From Macrostomum lignano (Eukaryota), in assembly GCA_002269645.1 (NCBI GenBank), contig NIVC01000089.1, positions 806,001 to 870,000 of the forward strand: a DNA stretch of 64,000 bases, read 5' to 3'. Within the stretch, counting starts at the first letter, position 1; each line of letters begins with the position of its first letter. The notes below the pieces were generated by a model. It saw only the letters and a list, made by a program, of their open reading frames with translations. It made no database searches and had not been told where the DNA came from. Shown in pieces: positions 10,206-21,653 of the stretch. A program made the translations under genes and the position numbers.

Positions 10206-13160
10206 GCAGTCGCTAATGTGGGACCGAACGGTAAAGCGGACCGATACCCCGATCGGGCCGGTTGAGGGTTCGGTGCAGGAGGGCCATCAACCTCCTGTGG
10301 CATGCGACTGCGTCCACGACGCGCCCCTGGACTCCGGAGACTGTAATTCGTCCTACCGGATGACGAAATGTCGCTCTTCACGGGGATGCTGCGAAAATTC
10401 CAACCGAGTCAACGACGACCCTCCGGCCGCCCCCGATGACAACGCCAACCTACATCGGGTTCTCCGTCTACGCGGAGGCGACAGTAACGTCACAGCCTCG
10501 CCCCGCCAGACCAGAAGCAGCAAAAAGCGAGGAAGGGGACACAGGTCCGGCTCAGAGCTCCAGGTCCTCCAGTTCAATTGCAACGGACTGCAGGCCCGCC
10601 GCACGGAGCTAGCCGCAAGACTTGCCCGTACCCAACCCGTCGCTGTCCTGCTCCAGGAGACCAAGCTCCGCCCAGGAGCGGCCATCCACCCGCCACAGGG
10701 TTACCACGTGGCGGCCCGGGAAGACGGCGAGGCCAAACATGATCCCCAGCCCGTCGCCACCGCGAATACCACCCAGGGATCTAACGATGGTATGCCTGCG
10801 GGAGAGGAGGCTCCGACCACCCGCCGCCTCACCCGTCCTAGGTGCCGCCTCCGATGGCCCCAGGACAAGACCGGCTGGTGCAACGGCTGCAGAAGTGGCC
10901 GCTCAGCCTGCTCCAACCGCAACCTCTCGTGGCCTGCCCCATCTGACGACCCTCTGGTCCACACTCCCCCGGACCCGCCGGAAGCGCGGAGAGCGCCGGA
11001 GAGCGGGCCGGCCGACAAGAAAGCAGGCCAGTGGCACTGTTCGGACTGCAGCAAGGTCATCCGCAGGAACAGCTACAGCGTCCAGTGCACCAGCTGCAGC
11101 GGGTGGCTCCACCTCAAATGCAGCGGCCTCGCTACCGTCAAGCAATATTCAGTGCCATTCGAAGGCCCGTGCTGTAGGCACGCGAACCAGCCCCCAGCTC
11201 TGCGCCGGAACGCTCAAGCCCCCCGACCCGCCGAGGGAGCCAACCGGCCCGACCCGCCGCCCCTTCCTCAACCTGAGGGCGACGCCGAACCTGCCCCGAA
11301 CGGCCGAAAGCCAAAAAACTGCAAAAACAAACAGCGCCCGACGGGGAGGGGAGGAGTGCTGATACTGGTTCGCGATGACGTCCCCTTTAAGAATCCTGAA
11401 GTCAGCAGGGGCGGCCTGCTCGACTACGCGGCGGTGACCATCTGCCCGGCCGCTGTTGGCCAGATACAATTGGTGGCGGTCTACGCTCCGCCCAATAGCA
11501 ACCAGCGCGCGGAGGACAACTGGCTCCCAGCCTGGTCAGACATACCGGTCGCGCCCCGCACGGTGATTGCCGGCGATTTCAATGGCCATGGACACTGGGA
11601 CAGCCATCAACCTGAGGACGAGAGAGGAGACAGCATCGAGGGGTGGGCTAGCGACCGGGGCCTCCATCTTGGCAACCGCGAGGATGCCCACACGCGGACC
11701 AACCCGGCGACAGGCGGCCTGAGCTGCCCGGATATCACTTGGTGTTCCGGCGATCTTGCCGCCCACGTCAGGACGTCGTGGAGCACCTCCGAGGACCTCG
11801 GAAGCGACCACCTGCCTATCACCTTCAACCTCTCCAGAGACAAGCAGGCCAAACGTCTCCAACGTCAGGCCCAGTGGAGCTACGCGAAAGCGGACTGGAC
11901 GTCCTACGCGGCCCGACTGGACGCGGAGGAGGAGACTTTGCAAGGCATCACCACCGCGCAGAAATCGAGCACGGACGCGGACCACCAACAGCTCTGCGAC
12001 ATCATCCTCGGAGCAGCGACCGGCAGTATCCCGCGCGGCGCGCGTCGCAATACCGGCAAACCTTTTTGGACCGAAGCGTGTGCCGCCGCTTGCAACCAGT
12101 GCAGCGCCGCGCGGAAAAAGGCCGAGCAGACCAAGACGGTGGAGGACATCTCGGCGTACCACCTCGCCAGACGCCGCGCCGATGAGACTATCAAGGCCGA
12201 GAAGCTCCGCTTCTGGGACGAACGAGTCGCGGAGTTGTCCGTCAACAGCGACCTCTTCGGTCTGGCCCGGGCGATGCGGGGCGAGCCCCCGCCGCCCCCC
12301 CCCCCCCAACGCGGCCCTCGTCATCCCGGCCGATGAGACCAGATGCAGCCGGCAGAGGACTGCGGTCACGGACAAGGAGAAAGCGGATGCCTTCTGCACC
12401 CTGTACGCGGACGTGTCTCGCGTGGAGCGCAGGAGGTCGGATCGCGGGGTCAACAGGTGTGCCTACGCCGCCATCAAAGCGCGCTGCTGCGAGCCCGACC
12501 ACAAGCAACAAATCTGTGGCGCCTTCTCCGCCGTGGAACTCAAGCAGGCCCTGAGGTCGCTGAAATCCAGGAAGAGCCCCGGCCCGGACGGAGTGTCCAA
12601 CGAGATGCTCAAGCGTCTCCCTGAACGGACCGAGCAGCGACTACTTGACCTGATCAACAAGGCCTGGCTCAGCGGACACTGCCCACACCAGTGGCGCAGG
12701 GCGACTATCATCCCGATCCCGAAACGCGGCAAACCGGCTGACGACCCGGGTTCGTATCGCCCCGTCGCCCTCACCAGTTGCATTGCCAAGGTCGCGGAAC
12801 GGCTGGCGCACCAAAGGCTGAACTTTCTGCTGGAATCCAAGGGCTCTCTCAGCAAAGTCCAAGCTGGTTTCCGCAAAGGACGCTCGTGCGAAGAGCAGAT
12901 CGCCCGCATCGCCCAGCTTATCTTCGACGGGCTGGAAGAGACTCCTGCGCTTAGAGCGATCCTCTGTTTACTCGACTTCAGCAGAGCCTACGACAAGGTG
13001 TGGCGGAAGTCTCTGATCTGCAAGCTCGAGAAGCTGGGAGTCCCCGCCTGTGTCCTGCGCTGGACCAACAGCTTCCTCAGCGACAGGAGAGCGCGCGTCC
13101 GATTCGGCAATAGCCTCAGCAGAGAGCGCATCTTCCGGGAAGGCCTGCCCCAAGGGCATA
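10206..13160 (+). mobile_element. Ingi-like (I group) non-LTR retrotransposon, 3'-truncated: LRLRGG leader, APE endonuclease with internal PHD finger, partial RT
   Basis: APE motifs LQFNCNG, LLQETK, GGVLILV, VYAPP, AGDFNGH, SDHLPI; RT motifs KSPGPDG, SYRPVALTS, QAGFRKGRS, DFSRAYDKV, GLPQG; frameshift in poly-C at about 12295-12307; homology stops after GLPQG; 5' boundary approximate. Confidence 0.88.
10450..10479 (+). other. Ubiquitin C-terminus-like motif LHRVLRLRGG
   Basis: 9/10 identical to ubiquitin LHLVLRLRGG; lies about 26 codons upstream of the APE domain. Confidence 0.8.
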
Positions 13161-13312
13161 ATTTATTTCACCCTATCTTTATCCTGTGTTTGCGTTTTAC
13201 ACTATATGTGGATTGTCTGTTGAGTCTTATAAGCTTTTTGATTTCTAATTAAATTGGTCAGGTGTCTAATGCTCCAAGATTTCCTTTGTTCAAAATCTCA
13301 CTTAGTTCCTGC

Positions 13313-13604
13313 CGCAGATACTATAATGGCTAGATTGATCTATATTAGGCATATTTAATTGGTTATAACACTTTCTCTACTTAGGTCAGTAGCAAGGAAG
13401 GATATGTAAGCTATTTTATGATAAGAAAGGCAGTTAGGTTAGCAGAAGAAAAGCCTTTTTTGCAGCCGGATTGTACATCAGAAAGAGTCGAAGAAGGCAA
13501 TAAAGATCTGGCGGAAGGCGCCAATGCCTTAAGCTTGGGCCAATAGACAACTGATGCACTTAGCTTCTAGTGAGTGACCAATCTGGCTATTTATAGCATC
13601 CGTA
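13313..13604. mobile_element. Diverged relative of the 491-950 MITE family
   Basis: Begins CGCAGATACTATAAT, shares internal ...TCAGTAGCAAGGAAG...GCTATTTTAT, ends TTATAGCATCCGTA; flanks GTTCCTGC / GTTCCTGT. Confidence 0.45.
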
Positions 13605-15009
13605 GTTCCTGTTGAAGTGTCTAACAAACTGGAATTCCTCGGCAGTGACATCTCCATAATCCCAAACAATCCCTAGTTTAACATCGCGCTTGATTCTTTT
13701 TTTGTCGGGCTATGTTTTTTTGTGCTGCTAACTGCTTTTGCTTGTGTGTATTTTGCTTTTGCTTAGCTGTTTTTTTCAATTTATGTTTTGTTCTATTTCA
13801 GTAAACAAGTGTCGCTAGTGCTTGCTTGTTTTGTAAATTTTTATTTAATAATTTAACTGGAACGCTTTCAAAAGTATGATGACGTTTCATTTTTCAAATA
13901 TAAAAATTTTAAATTATAACTGTAATTTGCTTTTTGTACTACTTTCATTTTCGTTCATAGGTTAAAGTGGATTCCGAGAGCCGGCAACTATGCAATGTTT
14001 GGCTTTCACGCCCCTTGTACTACTACCGCAGTAGTATAGTTGTTTTTTATCTTTCGATAGCCTTCGGCCTAGAAACTTTTGTCTCCTTGTCCTCACTTAT
14101 AAGATTTGTCTTTGTCTTTCCAGGAATCGCAACACTTCAATTTAATTCAAACTTTATCGATCCGATTTGTTTGCATTAATTAGCTTTTCGTTTTATTACC
14201 GGGTTCTTTTCAATTAATTGCCAATTTAAAGTTGTTTGTTTTTTTCGCTAAATAAGCTAAATTTTCTTTTGTGTGTAGTCTTACACAGTAGCGAGTCCCC
14301 CCCCCCGTTTTCCTCAACGTTTGTTTTACTGCTTGAATTGTGTTGATTCTTTTTATTGTTAATACTGCCCCAGAGAAATTCCACTTACTAATGTAAGATG
14401 TTAAAATAAGTCATCATACTTTCTATTCATTACCGCAAAGTCAAAGTAAGCTGGGGCTTAATAAAGTGGCTTAGATTAAAGTTAGAAAATCACGTGATAC
14501 AATTGTTATCAGTTAGGGGGTGGTCCATGTACACTCACTGGCGGTCGGATAAATGTACATTGGCAAGAGTTTTTTGAACCGGCTTGGGCGCCATAAAATA
14601 CCTGGTATGTGTCTGGGGTTCACGCGCATTTCGCACACTTATGATTTGACGCGTGTTTACACTGCGCTATGCTAAAACTGAAATTTATATCTGACCTGCA
14701 GGCGAAATTAGGCGGCCAGCCACTCCAGTCTAAAATTTGCTATTTCAAGATATAGATACATAAATACTGGGTCCAAATTCTCAAGTCTCTCCTTGGTGCA
14801 TTTGCAAATGTAGAAATTGTGAAAGCGTTTCGATACACTAGCTAGCTAGCTAGGACTGTGCGCACAGAATCAAGCAAATTCACTTTTGCAGAGCGGCGAC
14901 AAGCATGTGGAAATGTTGTTTTCGATTTAAACTATCCGAGAAAAAATGTAAAGTTGCATTGTCTGTACTGACTGAATCATAAATCATCAGTGTGACGGCC
15001 AGGGGAGAC

Positions 15010-16225
15010 AGTTACGATGCCAGGGGAGGCAGCGGGGATGCCAGGGGAGGCAGTGGGGATGCCAGGGGAGGCAGCGGGGATGCCAGGGGAGTCAGTGGGG
15101 ATGCCAGGGGGGGGCAGCGGGGATGCCAGGGGAGGCAGTGGGGATGCCAGTGGAGGCAGTGGGGATGCCAGGGGAGTCAGTGGGGATGCCAGGGGGGGGG
15201 GCAGCGGGGATGCCAGGGGAGGCAGTGGGGATGCCAGGGGGGGGAGGCAGCGGGGATGCCAGGGGAGGCAGTGGGGCTGCCAGGGGAGGCAGTGGGGATG
15301 CCAGTGGAGGCAGTGGGGATTCCAGGGGAGGCAGTGGGGATGCCAGGGGAGGCAGCGGGGATGCCAGGGGAGGCAGTGGGGATGCCAGGGGAGGCAGTGG
15401 GGATGCCAGGGGAGGCAGTGGGGATGCCAGTGGAGGCAGCGGGGATGCCAGTGGAGGCAGCGGGGATGCCAGGGGAGGCAGTGGGGATGCCAGTGGAGGC
15501 AGTGGGGATGCCAGGGGAGGCAGTGGGGATGCCAGGGGAGGCAGCGGGGATGCCAGGGGAGGCAGTGGGGATGCCAGGGGGGGAGGCAGCGGGGATGCCA
15601 GGGGAGGCAGTGGGGCTGCCAGGGGAGGCAGTGGGGATGCCAGGGGAGGCAGTGGGGATGCCAGGGGAGGCAGCGGGGATGCCAGGGGAGGCAGCGGGGA
15701 TGCCAGGGGAGGCAGTGGGGATGCCAGGGGAGTCAGCGGGGATGCCAGGGGAGGCAGTGGGGATGCCAGTGGAGGCAGCGGGGATGCCAGGGGAGTCAGC
15801 GGGGATGCCAGGGGAGGCAGTGGGGATGCCAGGGGAGGCAGCGGGGATGCCAGGGGAGGCAGTGGGGATGCCAGGGGAGGCAGCGGGGATGCCAGGGGAG
15901 GCAGCGGGGATTCCAGGGGAGGCAGTGGGGATGCCAGGGGAGGCAGCGGGGATGCCAGGGGAGGCAGTGGGGATGCCAGGGGAGTCAGTGGGGATGCCAG
16001 GGGAGGCAGTGGGGATGCCAGGGGAGGCAGTGGGGATGCCAGGGGAGGCAGCGGGGATTCCAGGGGAGGCAGCGGGGATGCCAGGGGAGGCAGTGGGGAT
16101 GCCAGTGGAGGCAGCGGGGATGCCAGTGGAGGCAGCGGGGATGCCAGGGGAGGCAGTGGGGATGCCAGGGGAGGTAGTGGGGATGCCAGGGGAGGCAGTG
16201 GGGATTCCAGGGAGGCAGCGGGGGA
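15010..16225. repeat. 21-bp G-rich minisatellite (GGGGATGCCAGGGGAGGCAGT)n, over 50 units
   Basis: Directly visible; the long ORFs in several frames are repeat artefacts; lies just downstream of the NPC1-like exon donor. Confidence 0.97.
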
Positions 16226-16246
16226 AGGGCAGCCGCCCTTTCTCAC

Positions 16247-16374
16247 CTGACAGTCGGTGCAGGAGCAAGGTGCTATGCCGCCAGCCTTGTCTCCCAGCTC
16301 GCATTTAACCAGACTGGAGTTCATGGGGCACATAGTAGAATGGGGTGTTGGGGTGCTGAAATTGGTCCGTTTGT
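16247..16374 (-). CDS. Single exon resembling the end of the NPC1 (Niemann-Pick C1) N-terminal domain
   Basis: KRTNFSTPTPHSTMCPMNSSLVKCELGDKAGGIAPCSCTDCQ resembles NPC1 PMN...C...APCSCxDC; bounded by GTCGCAG acceptor and GTGAGA donor; other exons not identified. Confidence 0.55.
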
Positions 16375-17244
16375 CTGCGACCATTAGACCGATAAATGAA
16401 CTAGTACGAGGTAGTAGTAAACAAATATAATTTAAGACTATTGATGAATTGTTAATGGACTTCGCTTGTTGTATTTGCAGGGACTAATCGATATTAGTGT
16501 GTCTGTGCTTCTGACCTCTGTATTGCAATGGTGTTTCATGTTTAGAGATTCGAAAAAAAACTCGAAGAACTGCCTTTTCACATTTGTAGCAGTTCTCTCA
16601 GTCGCATTGATATCTAACAATTTCGATATTACAGTTTGTCATCCAACATCATTATCCAACCGATTGAAAAAGCAAAGTTAATTTTTTTCGTATAAATTTA
16701 TCAATTTTCTAATCTGAGGCCTTTTATCAATTGTTAATAAAAAGTACAACTTCATTGATTTTTGTGTTATGAATTTGCACAATCCTGTTTTGATCCTTCG
16801 CTATTGTTAGTCACATTCGCGAGCACAAGGTAGCCGCTAGCTCCGCTACTCGTGTAAGTAGCATGTTAAGTAAATACCCAACTGTCTATCGCTTTGACGG
16901 CGCACTTCGATATTTCGCACTTCTTTGTTCGCTTCTGTTCTATTGGCTAAATAGACGATTCAGTCTTTCATCGCCTGCACCCCTTGCTCCTAACCTAATG
17001 TCATACTCGTGTGCACTTCCCGATGCTCTGCTGTTTTCTCCGGGTTCGATGCCTGTTATTTTTTGTTCTAATGTGCTTCTCTTTGGTGTGTCGGAGTCCT
17101 AACCTCTGCTTCGCAACTTTTCCGCTCCCTGCGAATTTGCATGAATTTTCCTTTTTTTAATTATACTGTCATTGTGGCAAGCGAAGAGCAACATAGCTCC
17201 CAGAACTGCAGTTGCCGGGTCAACGCCACCCTCCCAAATCCTCT

Positions 17245-17770
17245 GTTGCTGGGCCAGCCTCCCAGATCCTCAGCTGCTGGGCCAGCCTCCCAGATCCTCA
17301 GTTGCTGTGCCAGCCTCCCAGATCCTCAGCTGCTGGGCCAGCCTCCCAGACCCTCAGTTGCTGGGCCAGCCTCCCAGATCCTCAGCTGCTGGGCCAGCCT
17401 CCCAGATCCTCAGTTGCTGTGCCAGCCTCCCAGATCCTCAGCTGCTGGGCCAGCCTCCCAGATCCTCAGTTGCTGTGCCAGCCTCCCAGATCCTCAGCTG
17501 CTGGGCCAGCCTCCCAGACCCTCAGTTGCTGGGCCAGCCTCCCAGATCCTCAGCTGCTGGGCCAGCCTCCCAGATCCTCAGTTGCTGTGCCAGCCTCCCA
17601 GATCCTCAGCTGCTGGGCCAGCCTCCCAGATCCTCTGTTGCTGGGCCAGCCTCCCAGATCCTCAGTTGCTGGGCCAGCCTCCCAGATCCTCAGCTGCTGG
17701 GCCAGCCTCCCAGATCCTCAGTTGCTGTGCCAGCCTCCCAGATCCTCAGCTGCTGGGCCAGCCTCCCAGA
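17245..17770. repeat. 28-bp minisatellite (CCTCCCAGATCCTCAGCTGCTGGGCCAG)n
   Basis: Directly visible. Confidence 0.95.
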
Positions 17771-18715
17771 TCACCTGTTATTCAGTTTACGAGCGTACAT
17801 TCTCATCATTTTACACTGATTTCTGACTGCCCAGGTGCCTATGAAGCCCTTAAACACTTGAATAAAACACAGCTCCCCTGCGCTTGCCTTGGGCATGTTG
17901 CGAATGTCTTCTCTGCTACAACTCCCATTGCTTTGTTTTTATTATCAAATGGCGGGCCTTCTGCCCTTAGTGTTTTTTATTGTAACTAAGATAGTTATTG
18001 TACAGAAGAACTGTGCTTTCGTTGTTAGTTTTGTGTTCCTTTCCTGCTTGCTTGTTTCCCTCTAAAAGTATCTTCTTCTCCTGCCCAGTGCGGCAAGTTA
18101 TACTCTGGTGAATAATATTCAAATGTATAAGTACATTATATTATGACTAATTTGGTAATGGCTCATTACTTCTGTTCTTCCTCGATTCACTGCCTGCCTT
18201 TCTAGCGGCTCACTAATATTATTACTATTACTGTTATTGTTATTAATAATAAATTGAGATGATTAATTTTTAGTATATTGGAATAGAGAAAGCCGAGAAA
18301 AAGTGTCTACATTCGTGAGTGACCGCATTCAATATTTTCATTTGGATTTGACTCCAATTTTTTTTCATTTTTGCTTTTGTTATTTTGCAATGATGTTGAA
18401 TTAGGTGCAGATCAGCCTAGCGGCAAACGCATCCGACTCTCTCCTAGAATCTTAGTTTTCTGAACAAAAAACTTTATAAAGATCAATAGAGCTAAAACAA
18501 AGGCATAACATCTTGGTCTGGGAAATCTTAACTTCTTAAAGTCTGCATGCAATAAGATTTATTGAAAATTAATGTATTATTTATATATACTCGTAGGTGT
18601 GCAGACGCATGAAAAAAGGTACTTACAAGGTGCATGGATTTACCTGCGTGCCGACACAACACAATATAACAAGTTAAAATATGCACAAGGTGCAAGGATT
18701 TCAAACGTGCAGATT

Positions 18716-18965
18716 TTAAGTTCCCAGACAGAGTCCCAAGCCCGGGAAGAGGCTGTCCGTTTCCTCCGCCAATTCATCGTATAATTACGGTATTTCGCGA
18801 GCTTCATAATCACGCCGCTCCTTCACGGCCGCATTGTAGGATCTATAATTAAACATTGAAGTATTCACCGTATCGAGATCCGGTTCGGGGCACCATTGCC
18901 GCAAAAGAGTCCCAACTCTGCAGCTTCCAATGTGCTCTAGCTGCTGCTGCTGCTGTTGTATATGG
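18716..18965 (-). pseudogene. Orphan polyQ/LRQWCxEPDLD protein, copy A, with in-frame TAA
   Basis: Minus strand QQQQQQLEHIGSCRVGTLLRQWCPEPDLDTVNTSMFNYRSYNAAVKERRDYEAREIP*LYDELAEETDSLFPGLGLCLGT; paralogous to 27219-27669. Confidence 0.6.
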
Positions 18966-20831
18966 TGAACCGCCCAGAGGGAACACCAATCATCAATACA
19001 CGAAACTCGTATAGAAGTAGATAGGGGATTAATATACTCGTACTAATCGTACTAACTAATCGTACTCGTACTAACACCTGCTGTTTGCCTGCGTGATTAT
19101 ACAAGTACATATAGAAGTATGCAATGTACATATAAAATTTATCACGCTTGCGTAGGATGGCGTTTCTACTTGCATATTTCTTGTCAGTAGTATAGGCATA
19201 TTGGTAATCATTAGCGTTTTTTTGCGTCAAATCTGCCTAAAAATTAACAAACTTCTTTGTCCTAAGTGGTGGCAATTCGTCTGCGGGCATTTATTCTTGT
19301 GCTCCTATTATACACTGGAGTCCATTATGTACATCGTCAGCCTCTGTGCGTATCCACCACAACACGAGCGTAACCCCAAAATAAAGGATCCATGTAATCG
19401 AGCCATGCCGGCCCATATGTATACTTTTCTTTATCGGAGACTGGTTAGAAAATCTCGAATATTCGGAATGACTTTAATTCATACAATAGCCAACAGCTTC
19501 TAAAAGCGCGGCCTCTTCAGACCCTTCAAACTCTCTTTCTCTCGCCAAACAATGGGGTGGCGATTGCGTCATCCAAGTCTCTCCCCTCTGAACAAGACAA
19601 GCAGCTTTATAATCACGCAGGCAAACAGCAGGCAAACTTGAAACATTTAAAACTCTTTCAAGTCACGCCTCACGAATTCGCAAATTACACCCGCTCCAAA
19701 ACTATAGTTGGGCAATACGCCCCTATGCCATGATTACATCACCACAGATTCCCCAAGGGTCGATCAGGCCAGCGCCCACTTGCGCAACGCTCTGACTTGT
19801 GCAACGCCAGGCCCGACCTTCCGGCAATAGGAATGGAAGTCCCCTACGGGGTTTGAATTGAATTGAAATCCCTGGAGAGACACTTACGTAACCGCGATTG
19901 AGCCTGGACATTGGGCAATCACATCCTCCAGCGGGTGAGCGGACACCTTCAGTCAGAAGTGAAACATTAATCCCATGTACTTGCATATGTGCATTAATCC
20001 CTATCTATACGCTCGTACTAATTTCCTTAATGTGCCTCTATGTGTACACTGCATACTTCTATACCGTACCTATGTACTTACTGCGTAATGTGCAGATAAC
20101 GGTTGATTTTGGAGGTGAGGTGGGTGCCAGAGCCAATGCAAAGTCAACGCCTATCTATTAATAAATGCATTAGAGCTCTTCTAATTGGTCCAGACCCTCA
20201 TTATGATTCATGTAACTCATTATGTAATTCTAATTATATATGTAATCAGTGTACCATTCCCATTTGTAAATTGTGTCGTACAGAAGCGACCAGTACATAT
20301 TTCAATATACATGTAGTACGCAGAATTAGCGCTCAACCACCTCTAGCTACTCCACTGTAGCTGTTGTTGTACGCAGAAGCGCGCGCGCCCAGCCCCCAAG
20401 TTTCAATGCATTGGTGTACGCAGGATTAGCTGTTATCATTATCATTACCACAACTGCTACTACTACTGCTACTACTTCTACTGCTTCTACTGTTGCTGTT
20501 GCTACGAGCGTAGCTCCGATGCTGCGATTGCAGCTGCGCCTGCTGATACTCCAGACTCCTTTATATATCCCAGGAAGAGGATGCAGGGGGTCGCAAATAG
20601 AGTGGTGCATCATTTCTTTTTTCCCTGTACTGCATTTGCAGATTAGTGTACGATTGCACACTCAGTCCCCACTTGGTATAGAAAAGTTGGGGTCTGAAAA
20701 TACCCCATCATTTCTGTTCTCATACGGGTCGTAATTGGATCTGAGTGCATCTAGCCAACCGGTAGTGTTGTAGGAACGAAAAATGCAGACCGCAGCCTCA
20801 CCTCCTCGGAGTACAGTCTCTTTCGCGGGTA

Positions 20832-20867
20832 TATATAAAGGACCACGCAGAAGCTGAAATTTTCAGT
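20832..20867 (+). promoter_or_regulatory. TATA box plus TCAGT initiator upstream of the PC4-like ORF
   Basis: TATATAAAG at 20832-20840 and TCAGT at 20863-20867, canonical spacing. Confidence 0.55.
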
Positions 20868-20952
20868 AGCAGCGAAAATTTCGCTCCGACACTCTCAGTA
20901 TCAGCGTCAGCAGCAGCAGCAGCTCTCTCTATCTCAGTGAAACTCTGTCAAA

Positions 20953-21653
20953 ATGTCTATTCCACTTGTTGACAACTACGTAGTGCGCAGGCCCACATTC
21001 GAAACTGATCGAGAACTGATCGAGATTCGGCGTTTCTACACAGACAAGAAAGGCAACAAATAGCACGGTTTTCCTGGCGTGTTTCTGACTCGCAGCGAGT
21101 GGCAGTAGCTCAGGCAGGCGCGCAGGATTATCGAGTCTCTGCGGATCCTCGACTGCTCTCGTCATGAACGGTTTCAGCTGGGTGAGGGCCATACGATTCT
21201 GGAAAAAAAAAAAAAAACAGATTTGGCTGCATCGCAACAACCCGTTGCGGCGACGAGAGCGAGCCCTGGAAATACTCAGTCAAGCTCAACAAAAAATTGT
21301 GGACGACTCTGATGGACGCGGACGTTGACTCGCTGTTTGCCTCGCAGTCGCCGCCGCCGCCGCCGCTGCCCAAGACAACAACGGCTTCGGAGCCATCATT
21401 GTGGTTCAACAGCAACAGCAGCAGCAATGATGGTGACGGCGAGGGCAGCCGCCGCCGCAGTGCTGGCACCCCGCCACCGATTGAACTGCAGCCGCCGGTG
21501 AAGAAGCTTCCTACGACTGACGGCAGCAGCAGCTACAAGTGGTGGCACTCGTTTCCTCCGGACTCGACTGAGCTCGAGAGCTGGGCTGCCGGCCTGACTG
21601 ATGAACAGCTTTTTAAGACCCGGCCCATCAGATTGCTGCCTGGGCCGCTGTGA
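20953..21653 (+). pseudogene. PC4/Sub1-like ssDNA-binding-domain ORF, decayed
   Basis: MSIPLVDNYVVRRPTFETDRELIEIRRFYTDKKGNK*HGFPGVFLTRSEWQ*LRQ resembles PC4 IDIRxFY.D..G....G..GI.L...QW; TAGs at 21061 and 21106; poly-A slip near 21205-21219; possible second repeat WKYSVKLNKKLWTTL. Confidence 0.55.

Noticed and set aside
10270-10380. HDV or hammerhead ribozyme at the 5' end of LINE 1
   Set aside because: ACC-TCCTGT-GGC gives only a 2-bp P3 with no P1.1 or P2 partner; CGGATGA-CGAAA lacks hammerhead stem II and the exact core; kept only as an unexplained structured leader
14992-16384. 375-438-aa ORFs (MPGEAVG, GGSGDAR, collagen- or elastin-like)
   Set aside because: All are frames of a stop-free 21-bp minisatellite; no unique coding context except the short NPC1-like exon
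17141-17989. 200-280-aa Pro/Gln-rich ORFs
   Set aside because: Frames of the 28-bp minisatellite
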